Shown: positions 38,401 to 49,400 of the stretch, piece after piece | How positions within the stretch are numbered: position 1 is the first letter of the stretch | Layout of the letters: each line of letters begins with the position of its first letter | DNA from: Podarcis tiliguerta | Taxonomy: Eukaryota | Direction: 5' to 3' (one strand) | Assembly (NCBI GenBank): GCA_965153285.1 | Contig: OZ229115.1 | DNA length: 64,000 nt | Notes under the pieces: model-generated | Told to the model about the DNA's origin: nothing | Seen by the model: only the letters and a program-made list of their open reading frames with translations | The model's database searches: none | Translations under genes and position numbers: made by a program

Positions 38401-41400
38401 TGGCACGTGGCAGGGTCACCATTTAAGTTGTTAGGGTCATAACCTTCGCCACCAGGCATTTGACCTTTGAGATAAAGTTAACCTTTGTTCATTAGTAGGC
38501 ACTCAAGCGAGAACTTCCTTGTTTTTTACTGCAGCAGAGCAACTTCAGCTAACATGATCACATTGTAAAAGGGGATTCTAAGCTCAAGCACTGGGTTCTG
38601 TGAGAGGTTAAAGATTTCTCTTTGTTTTTTGAGGATATTTTAAATGGACAAAGCTAGCTTGTGTTTTGTCTGCCACATACAATAGCTGATGTTTTTGACC
38701 ATTATCTGTTTTAGGCATGGTTTTAACAGCATGAGCCTATGCATGTTTACTCAGAAGTAAGTCCCACAACCTTACTCTCTAGCAAGCACATTTATATTAA
38801 GGTTTGCAGCCTAAACATAGCAAATGCTTTGAAAACTCGTGTGTGTGTGCGTGTGTGTGTGTTTAAAAATGCTGAATTAAAATCTAAAAATCTGACCAAG
38901 ATACAGTAATTGAATTAGACCTTTTCCTATAGATTGTAATGCTATTAAGAACTGAAGCCAAAGTCATGACTAGGCTGATTTTGTTTTGGTAGCTGTGAAA
39001 ATGTGTTTAGTTCTGGAGATAAGTGACAGTGTAATATAAAGAGCACCTTTTTTCATCTATAATAAACCAATATTGTATATTATTTTGGAGGGTGGTGATT
39101 ATTTACCCCATAGCTGGTAAAGAAGCACCATGTGAGTTAGTCAGTCATGAAGCATAGTGAGATACCTTTGCAAAATTTTGGGCACCTTTGTTCTAAATCT
39201 GAAAGGTACATTGTATACTTCTAGTACAATTGATCATTATTGCAGTCATCCTGCAATACAGAACATTTGGTATTTATTTAAATCAAAGGAAAATAATGTC
39301 GTTTAGGTATGATGTGCTTTCATTGGTTTGTGACTGCTGTTGTCATTCTTTCATATGACTGTACAGTTATGCATGATTTGCTGATTAACCAGATGGCCAT
39401 AGTAACAGATTGAGAACCTGCTCCCTATTACTAAAAAGCATGTGTAAGATCACAAAGGTTTTGAGTTAGAATGGTATGTGTTGGGTAAAACAAGACTCAC
39501 TAAAAAGAATTTCATATTCTATGATAAACCTAATCTATAGTTTTAGTGTAATACTGCACATGTCTACTCAGAAAAAAGTGGGTTTAAGTTCAACAAGATT
39601 TACACCCAGATCAACGTGTGAAGTTGCAGCCCAGGTGTGCTGACTTCTCAGTTCTAAGAGAACTTAACTTACACTTCAGCATCAAGTGCATTGGATCCTC
39701 AGTAATGGAACCTTGAATACGTAGCTCTCTTTACCAAGATTCACTGTGTCCCCAGTGGAACTCCTATCTAGCATTCCCTTCATAAACAGCACTTGCTTTG
39801 ATGCAATATCTTAATTTAGATGCCTTCTGGGCGGTCAAAACTTCATGAAGCACTGTTGAGCATGTGTTGCTCTGTTCTCTGCATAGCTGGAGAGAGTTCC
39901 ATTTGTGAAATAAGGTTGTGTACCTAGAGCAGGTGGGGAAACCTCCAGCCCTTCAGAGGTCATTGAACCATGTGCCACTGGCCAAGCTTGCTGGGGCTGA
40001 CGAGAACTGTGGTTCAGCAGCCTCTGTAGTGCCAAAGGTTTCCCACATCTGACCTTGAGCACTCTTCATTATTGCAGAAAGTGCAGCAGCCCTTGGGTGG
40101 TATCTGTGTGACACTACACAGCAGCATCAGATCAGGGAGTATAGCAATGTATATCAGTGCATCAGATTAGGGTGATCAAGTACTCGTTGTGCTTGAGTGT
40201 GTGCTTAAGCCTCATTCATTTAATCAGGACTGCAGTACGCAATTTTTTTCTGAGTTATTTTGGACTTGTATGCATGTTCCACAGCATAGGAATATATTGT
40301 CCTCAGTACTTAAATGTATTTATTCCTTATATAAAGCTAGCTCCTGTCTGCCTTAGTTAAACTTACACAAAACCAAGATGCTGAGTCCATGTAGTGTGTT
40401 GCTATTGTTGCAAGATGCTCTTTTGCTGTCCCTTGTTCCCTTATTTGTGAGAAGTTCCAGCTTCTTATTTCTTCGTGGGAAAGGACGTGCAGACCCCAGC
40501 CAGCATAGCAGTTCATGAGAGAAGAGAGTTGCATTGGTGGTTTGATATGGGAGAATCTTCCCTCAAAATAAATTTTAAGGGTATCTTGTCCCTTCAGAGA
40601 TTGTTATCTGGCATCTTGAGAACTGGAAACAGCTGTAGGGACAAAACAATAGCAGAGTTGTCCAGTGTCTTAACACTTCAATCTCTCTTGATTATCATCC
40701 TCCCGCCTTCTAAGATCTTTGTGCTGCACTATGCAACTGAGGCGATTGCATCTAACTCTTCTCCAGTCATACTGCTGAAGCTCTTTCTGCTGGTGCAAAT
40801 GATCTTTGGGAGTTACTGTTTTATGATTCACTGAAGCAAGGGATCCCTGTTTTTATAACCCCGCCATGGATTCCAGTGTTCCCTGTGTCCAGTTGCCAGA
40901 TCCAGCCCTCGACTTTGATGTGACAGCCAACTATGTCTCCAACCATAACTGGTGAAGAACTTACATTGCACTCTCAGACCCATCTGAGAATAACTGCTTT
41001 GCAGTACAGTGTAGAAAGGGATCTCTATTCATTGGGACTTTCTGTTTCGGTCAGTGGAGGAATAGTTTGTATTGCTGGCTTTAACAGACTGTGGTTGACA
41101 GAAGCAGGATTTAGATGGGGACAACTGCATTCCCCTGCTGCTGTAATTGAGATGGTAAGCATCCATGCTAATTTCAACCCTAACGGTAGTGGAACTTATG
41201 AGTGTTTGCTATATCATGAACTGCTGGCACGAGTTCAGTCATGTGGCTAAGCTTTCTCCAAAACAGAAACAAATAAAGCAGAGCAGCATATAGCCTTTTA
41301 ATGTTTCTTAGAATACTTCCAGGTGTTTTCAGGAAAGAAGTATCGCATGATTTAAATGCTGTTTCCTGTATCCTGAAATAGCAGATGTACCCAATCAGTA

Positions 41401-42973
41401 AGAAAAAAGAGCTCCTAGTATAAATGTAAAGAGAAGTATTTGAGTGGAGCCCATGGCATTTATAGCCATGAGGCTAGCTCAATAGTATGAAAACTGCCCA
41501 ATATTGCTGGCCAGGCCTAACTTGTCTTAAGTTACTGTACTTTTTATATTTCCTTTCTTTTCCACCCAGTGATGAATAGCATTAATTTAAATCTATTTAA
41601 GGCAAGTGTGGGAGAAACCACAATCTTTGTTGTGGTCAGTGGTGTACACAGCAGGGCTGGATGTTTCACTTGATTGAGGCCTGAAAGCTGACTGTAGAAG
41701 ACCTAAAACATCATGCCAGCTTTTTCCAAGTATTGCAAAAGAAGCAGTGTATGGTAAATTCAAATATTCTGCAATGTCAATAACCATTATTATGATGGCT
41801 ACTTAGTGTCCCTTCAGACCCCTCCAAATTTAAATGTAAAAGACAACAACCGCAACAGCAACAAAAGCAACCCAAGTCAGTTTCTGTGAAAGCAGCCACC
41901 TTACAGTTTAAAAGAGCCCATAGTCAAACTAAATCAAATTAATGTAACCAGCCTATAATCTAAAGCAGTACTTGTGGAGACGTGCTCTCCTTCCTTCAAG
42001 GTCTAGGAGTGAAATGTTCACTATAGCACATCACAAATACCAACTGATTTTAAGGTTTTGGCCAAAGTTTAGGAGAATAGTCCTAAACTTTGCCTTGCCA
42101 ATGAGTTATTTACTATCCTCAAGGGATTGTTGCTCAGACATGAACTATAACTGAGGCTCCACTGGATGATCAGAAATAGATTTGTGCATTGGCAAAGGAG
42201 AGTAATATCTTGATATTATAAAGCTGTTTCAATAGCTCTGATAGAGATTGAAAGGTAGTACAGTACAGATTTATCAGAGTTTTCCCCAAAGCCAATTGTA
42301 GCTCAGTGAAGAAGGATCAGGTCTGTGTTCCAAGTCCTGTTCAAGCAAATAACATGCTATGCACGAGGTCTGCAATGCCTCTATTCATCCTGCCCCAAGC
42401 ATTGCTATGCAGCAGTCAGCCATTGCTTCAGTTGCAGGGAAAACCTGGTGGTGCAAGGCAAGTTGCTGCTCTTCTGCTGTTCCTGGGACCTTTAAGTGTG
42501 GTCTTGTGAATCGCTTTCAACAATTGGGCCAGTATTAGGCTATACGGCTACCATCCTTACATCACCCTTTCTAGGATTAATAGTACCTTTCTGGCAGTGA
42601 GTGGATGATGTTCAGTAGTGTCACAATGGGGCTTGGTAGAGAGTGGTGCTAGAGCCTCACTAACTGTTGTTGTTTACCAATTCTGATGTGAAAAATGACA
42701 AGGCCGTCTCAGGCTACGGAGATGAATGATGGGAAGGACATGAGCAATGTTTCTTACATTAACGTTAACTGCATGTTATGTCTGCAAAATTGGTGAAAAT
42801 TGTTTGAGTGGTTGTAGGTGGACAGTCTTTGGCTAAGGACATGAAGTATTTGCTGCTTAGAGTATATTTTTGGTAGTAAGCCTGGAAATGTATGTGGTGA
42901 TTAGGAGAGTGGTATTTAATCCCACATACTTAACTTTTTGTTTGTTTCTTTAAGGGTTGAGTAAGTGACAGGA

Positions 42974-43331
42974 GGGACGCAGGTGGCACTGTGGGTTAAA
43001 GCCTCAGTGCCTAGGGCTTGCCGATCGTAAGGTCGGCGGTTCGAATCCCCGTGGCGGGGTGCGCTCCCGCTGTTCGGTCCCAGCGCCTGCCAACCTAGCA
43101 GTTCGAAAGCACTCTCGGGTGCAAGTAGATAAATAGGGACCGCTTACTAGCGGGAAGGTAAACGGCATTTCCGTGTGCGGCTCTGGCTCGCCAGAGGAGC
43201 GATGTCACGCTGGCCACGTGACCCGGAAGTGTCTTCAGACAGCGCTGGCCCCCGGCCTCTTTGAGTGAGATGGGCGCACAACCCTAGAGTCGGATACGAC
43301 TGGCCCGTACGGGCAGGGGTACCTTTACCTT
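42974..43331 (+). mobile_element. Sauria SINE, full length (copy 1)
   Basis: Head gggacgcaggtggcactgtgggttaaa, B-box ggttcgaatcc, body gcaagtagataaataggg...ggccacgtgacccggaagtgtc, Bov-B-like 3' end gagtcggatacgactg, and (acctt t)n tail. Flanked by aagtgacagga. Confidence 0.93.
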
Positions 43332-43344
43332 CAAGTGACAGGAA

Positions 43345-43707
43345 GGGACGCGGGTGGCGCTGTGGGTAAAACCTCAGCACCTAGGGCTTGCCGATCGCAT
43401 GGTCGGCGGTTTGAATCCCCGCGGTGGGGTGAGCTCCCGTCTTTCGGTCCCAGCTCCTGCCCACCTAGCAGTTCGAAAGCACCCCTAAGTGCAAGTAGAT
43501 AAATAGGTACCGCTTTATAGCGGAAAGGTAAACGGCGTTTCCGTGTGCTGTGCTGGTGCTGGCTTGCCAGAGCAGCTTCGTCACGCTGGCCACGTGACCC
43601 GGAAGTGTCTCCGGACAGCGCTGGCCCCCAGCCTCTTAAGTGAGATGGGCGCACAACCCTAGAGTCGGACACGACTGGCCCGTACAGGCAGGGGTACCTT
43701 TACCTTT
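43345..43707 (+). mobile_element. Sauria SINE, full length (copy 2, different variant)
   Basis: Same architecture as copy 1 with clustered differences, and flanked by the same aagtgacagga. Confidence 0.93.
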
Positions 43708-44399
43708 TAAGTGACAGGAGGTGCTTTATAGTAGTACAACCAACAATAATTGGTTGTGCGAAACTGAGACAATATACTGTATTGTAGTGATTGACCAGTA
43801 GTTCCACACATTCAGGTGATCAAGGGATAACTCATGCCGTGAGTGCAGTTATCTGTTGTGCCAGTTTTTACTGAGTTGCCAGGGAAAGCTTGGCCAACTG
43901 CAGGGAAGAGCTGCAGTGGATAAGGAATTAAACATAGCCAGCAAATACCGGTAGTCTAGACCTTTACCAGAACCGCCTTCCTTTTTGCTATCAAATTATT
44001 AGTTAAATTGTATGAAACTTTATGTAAAATAATTTGTCTATCGTGTTTTGTTGAACTATTTAATTGTATGGCTGGGATTAGAGTGGGGTAGTTAGTGTTG
44101 CTGGATCACAACTTCCATCATCACTGACCATGGCTATGCTGGAGGGCACCATGTTAGCTACCCCTGAATTAAAAGGTGCCATCTCTTGTTCTTCCTAACT
44201 AGTTGGACCCAGGTGGACAGTGATTGTCATTCTTTTCATTTGATTGTTGTGAAGGTTCCACAGTAACCCATTTTCTCTTCTATCCTAAATTTGTATTGTG
44301 ATGTTATCGCTTTATGGATAACATCTGATTCTGCATTTCATTTCCCCTCTAATCCTGGGAGCAGTGTTCTTTTGCCTTTAACTGGAGGGCTGTTGTTGA

Positions 44400-44890
44400 A
44401 GTAGACAAGCATACTGAAGCAAAGTCCAGACAAGATGGAAGTGATTATGGTGGGTAGCCTGTGTGATCTGGAATAGGTGAGTCTGCCTGTTCTAATGGGA
44501 TTTCGTTGTCGCTAATAAAGAAGGTTATAGCCTAGGAGTACTCTTGTATCTGGCTTTCTTCCTAGAAGCACAGGTGGCAATCTTGGACAGAAATGCTTTT
44601 TATCAGTTTCATTTGATACTCCAGCTGTGCCAGTTCCTGTGGAAAGAGGACTGAGCAATAAACATCCATGTCTTTGGAAACTAGAGGATTGAGTATTGCA
44701 ATATCTTCAGTGACTGTCTTTGTCTGAGGTTCTCTTCTGGGATGCTCTCACCTTCTGAGAAGCACTGGCTGCTTACTCTTTAGGTCATGGTACTCCATCT
44801 GTGGGATGTCCTCCCCAAGGAGGCTTTCCTGGCACTTAGTACACTATCTTTTCATTGCAGGTGAAACACATTTTTGTTCCACAGGTTTTT
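44400..44890 (+). mobile_element. L2 LINE fragment (RT C-terminal region, decayed)
   Basis: Decayed coding for LK..PDKMEV...LGVLL...EAQVA...RNAFYQ..LI.QL..FL...HV....R.EYCN, matching the L2 ORF2 motifs NPDKTE / AFYQL / SRLDYCN. Confidence 0.65.
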
Positions 44891-44953
44891 TAGATCCTTC
44901 TAGACCTTTTGAGGCAACGTAAGTTTAATAGATCTCTCCTGGATTAGAGGGTA

Positions 44954-45094
44954 TTGGTTAGAGTGTGGTGCCGATTACACCAAGGACGCAGGTTTGATCT
45001 CCATATGGGACAGCTGCATATTCCTGCATTGCAGGGGGTTTGACTAGCTGATCCTAAAGGTCCCTTCCAATTCTACAATTCCATGATTCTATGA
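44954..45094 (+). mobile_element. Short tRNA-derived SINE with CR1 tail
   Basis: tRNA-like head ttggttagagtgtggtgccgattacaccaagg...ggtttgatc, then CR1 3' end gggggtttgactag...ggtcccttccaattctac and (attctatg)n. Confidence 0.75.
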
Positions 45095-45598
45095 TCTGGT
45101 ATTCTTTGATTTTTAGTTCACCCTCCACTATTTATTTTTAATCAAGAAGTGGTGTTGTTTTCAGCTGTTAGTAAGCTGCTTTGAAGTCAACGGATTTAAT
45201 AATGATAGACGCTAATAAATGCAGTACAAGATGTGCTCAACATGGGTCTGCCCATGAAGATTGGCATCTCATGTAGATTCATAATATAGTACTGTTTCTT
45301 TCTTTATGTAATCTCATTGATGGGATCTATAATGCGATCTGCAACACAACATTGCTGTGTATCTGCTAAGAGGAGTTCTCCTTTTCAGTGTTCCAGATGA
45401 CCTGAAATCTTGTAGTCTTCACGTATCTGAATGGGTGGTGTTCTAGGTGTATGTGATAAAGGACGCCCCATCCCCCAAGATCTGCCGGGAAACTCTACAC
45501 TTGAGCATTTTCTTGCTTTCAAGGGGAGCATGGTTCTGGGCAGTGGGAACAGGATATGTCATCCTCTTTTCTTTCTTTCCTCCTGAAAGATCCTTGTA

Positions 45599-45839
45599 CA
45601 GTGGTACCTCAGGTTACAGATGCTTCAGGTAACAGACACTTCAGGTTACAGACTCTGCTAACCCAGAAATATTACCTTGGGTTAAGAACTTTGCTTCAGG
45701 ATGAGAACAGAAATCATGCTCAGGCGGCGCGGCGGCAGCAGGAGGCCCCATTAGCTAAAGTGGTGCTTCAGGTTAAGAACAGTTTCAGGTTAAGAACGGA
45801 CCTCCGGAACAAATTAAGTTCTTAACCCGAGGTATACTG
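45599..45839 (+). mobile_element. Tc1/mariner MITE, family A
   Basis: TA|cagtggtacctcaggttac... with the same internal sequence as 6220-6445. Right TIR damaged (gaggtatactg). Confidence 0.88.
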
Positions 45840-46249
45840 CTGGGAGGAGAGAGTGGTTTTTTTAACCTCATCACATATACTGTAATCTCTCTTCCAGAAT
45901 AAACACAAGAAACTGTTAGGTGTTCAAGGAGTTCAATTCCCCTTCTCCCTATGCACCCCCATTTCTCTCTCGTTTTTGTTTTCAGCTAGCACTCTAACAT
46001 TCTGTCTCAATTGCTGTCAGCCATAGGCTAGATTGATAGATCCACACAGCCTGACTTGTAATTCCTTTAGACCAGTCTTCCTCAGCCTAGTGTCATTCCC
46101 AGATGTGTTGGATTACCATTCAGATCGTACAGTTATGAATTGTGGTCCAAAACATCTAGACGGCTTGTGACAGACTGCTTTAGACCACTAGGTCCCTATT
46201 AAGCTGTTTTGAGGTTTTTTAAGAAGTTGCTTTCTCTTAATTTACATTA

Positions 46250-46491
46250 AAGTGGTACCTTTGGTTACGTACTTAATTCGTTCTGGAGGTCCGTACTTAA
46301 CCTGAAACTGTTCTTAACCTGAAGCACCACTTTAGCTAATGGGGCCTCCTGCTGCCGCCGTGCCGCCGGAGCACGATTTCTGTTATTATTCTGAAGCAAA
46401 GTTCTTAACCTGAAGCACTATTTCTGGGTTAGCGGAGTCTGTAACCTGAAGTGTATGTAACCTGAAGCGTATGTAACCTGAGGTACCACTG
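46250..46491 (-). mobile_element. Tc1/mariner MITE, family A, opposite orientation
   Basis: TA|aagtggtacct...gaggtaccactg|TA. The interior is the reverse complement of the 45599 copy. Confidence 0.9.
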
Positions 46492-49400
46492 TAATATATA
46501 TCTTTGCATACCTATAGAATGTCTGTATATGTCTGTATATGTAGAAACCGCTGCTTCATTTTTTGTTGTGTCAATTTTAGTCAAAATCAGTTGGTACCCA
46601 AACTCCTCATTATTGTCAGAGGGAAGGATTGGGATTGAATCCAAATAACTATGATTGGGTGTAGAAAATATTTTAGTGTCACTGTTTGAACTTTTGTGTA
46701 AGTCAAGATTTCTTATGTACAGTGTCACAGATTGAATACATTGAATAAGAAGCAAAGAAGGTGAAGCATAGACCATAAAAAGGTCTTGAGGTGAGCTTTC
46801 ACATTGATAGGCAATATTAATTCTGTATTTACTATAGAATCTATCGCTGTTTCATTGTGTTACCATCAATAATAAACCTTGCCTATATCCAAGGTCTCTT
46901 AAACCTCATTGAAGCCAATGACATTTAAATCCAAGAAGGATTGCAGGCCAAGAGTGAAATCCATTGTGCTGTGGAATGTCTAAGGTTCCAGTGTCCACTA
47001 ACACAGACAATTTTCTTCAGTTCCCCCTTTTCTCTGTGGCTACCTGCACCTTTGAAAATCTCAAGACTAGTGTGGAAGGCAGCATAGGACAGGGCTTCAG
47101 GTGGAAATGGATAAAATTACTTCCTTTTATCTTACTGCTGTGTGTCTCAACTGGATCAAACACCGTTTTGCAAGTGGAACAACAGCATTGCATTCTCCCC
47201 CTATAGTTTTTATTATTACAGTTGCCCACTCTAGTTATTTGCACATTGTTCATGTGCACCAATGAAATTTTTCTGATGATTTAGCCCTACATAACCAGTC
47301 TTTGTAACATCAAACATTATAAAAGTAAATGATTAATATGATAATCTAATAAAAATGGGTATTTTGAAATGCCATCATATAATTCTGATCCATAGTGCAA
47401 ATAAAAGCTTGCATACAGCTGCGTTGTGTTTAAACTAAGGTCTGTAACTTCAACTTTTGATTTTAATTAAACCTGGAGGGTAAGCAAATGCTCTTCACAT
47501 AGTTATGTTCAGCTAAAAGTAAAGTTGGCATGATGGACCCACCCCCCATTTTCTGCTTGCTATTACCAGTACTCCAAGATAAATCTTTTTAATTGCAGTT
47601 GTACATAACACATGAGGAACTTTTCAAAAACCCTACCATTTTAGGCATTAATAGAGTTGAGGGGTCTGTATTTTCATCAAAGATAAATACAAAACTCAAT
47701 GAATATTAGTGATTTTGTAGGTATTCTTAAAATTTTCATTCTGGGAATAATTGCCTGATATGTTTATGAAGTATATTAGTTTCTATGATAAAAGTGGGCT
47801 AATGAAGTCAAGGAATTATTTCAAAGTAGTGTGTGTTTGGTGTTACCATCTTCTAACTTTTCAGTAATAATCATCAAGAAGATGGATTGAGTGAACTAGT
47901 GCCACTGACAATAAGCTGAAACGATATTTGGTTATATGTTCCTTTCCTTGGTAGAATCCTGGCTTGATCCAGGGGTTGAAGAATATGGATTGCATTCCTA
48001 GTTCTCCCATCACTTCTGACCTGGTACTATGGTCCTTCCTGCTCACTTCATCCACCATATGCTGTAATTTGGATGATCATAGAGTGTATTCATCCCTTAT
48101 TGTGTGACTTTCTAAACAAATAGAGCCTGCTGTGCAGTTCCCTAATGCACTGTGCTCAGGCATCATTCACCAAGTGAGTGCTGAGGTAGGCTGAAAAGGA
48201 CCAGTCAGTACAATCCAGTGACAGGTTGCCTAATGGGTGCCAGATGGGGGCATTTAAAGTGCTGCATCATCAGATTTGCCCAGTAGACTCCCTTTCCCCC
48301 ATCCCCAAAGCCATTTGTTTCATGCAACTGATACCTTAGCTTTTCTGAATGAAAGTAAACCTAAAAGGCAACAGTTGAGATTTAAAAAATATTTAATTTG
48401 TTATCATTTTGGGTTGAAAAAAGTCACCTAGACTATTTAAAAATATACATATATGTGTAATGTTTACTCTGAAAATAACCAGCATGTCTTACATGAATAT
48501 TATGTGACCTGTAGTCCTTTAAAATATAATTGTGGTCATTTAATTATGGTTGAAGAGAGCAGATAGGAGGATATCCTGCAGAACACATTAGCTATTACTC
48601 CAATATGCTAATCTTGTTAACTTTGCTTTCCAGTTCTTAATTTTATTTTATATTCTGTATGTATGTTTGTATATAAAATATTTGGAGAATGATGTCAGAG
48701 GTCTGCTATGAAATTTGAAGTGAGGGCAATGATGGTTTGTGAGCTATAGCAGCAAGTGAGGGATCAATGTGTTCAGAGGGGCAGGGACTCAGGAGAGGGA
48801 AGGCTACAAATGTAACAGTTTTTATTATTTGCATATATGTAATGTTCAAAAGAGAAGGGGGAGGGGTTGCCAGGCTTTATCAAACTGGTCAAAATGCAGC
48901 CCACATATTCTTTTTAAAAGAATATATTTGTGCATACACTCACAATAAATTGTAGAAAGATCACTAGGAGTCAGATCTTGAAAGACTGGATTGTCTTGAT
49001 TAAAGAACAAGTCTTTAAAGATGTTGCATACCCCTACTGGGTGGAAAACAATATACCTTAAAATGGGAAGAAAATTGTTACTCCCAAGTGCTTTCATGGT
49101 CACATAGCTATGATGACTGAGTTTATGCACGAATGGGTAGCACTTGATTATTGCAGAATCAAGTGATGACTTGCATGCGTGAACAATATGATATAATAAA
49201 TATTTATTGCTTGTAGCCATAGGCCATTGCATGCAATACACATAAAAAGCAAATGTCTACAACACAGACATAAAATATGAGTAATTACGTTACCCACTTC
49301 TCATTTAACATGCAGACATGTGTGAACAAGCCAACATAGTTCCCCTCTCATGTAGCATAGGAACCACGGTAGCATAGCACATTCCTGTGCTGCTGGGGTT

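Noticed and set aside
42974-43060. tRNA genes suggested by A/B boxes (also 44954, 63474, 63830)
   Set aside because: These are SINE heads continuous with SINE bodies and tails. No complete cloverleaf.
42963-43719. CRISPR-like direct repeat/spacer pattern
   Set aside because: Eukaryotic locus. The repeats are 11-bp TSDs separated by ~360-bp homologous SINEs.
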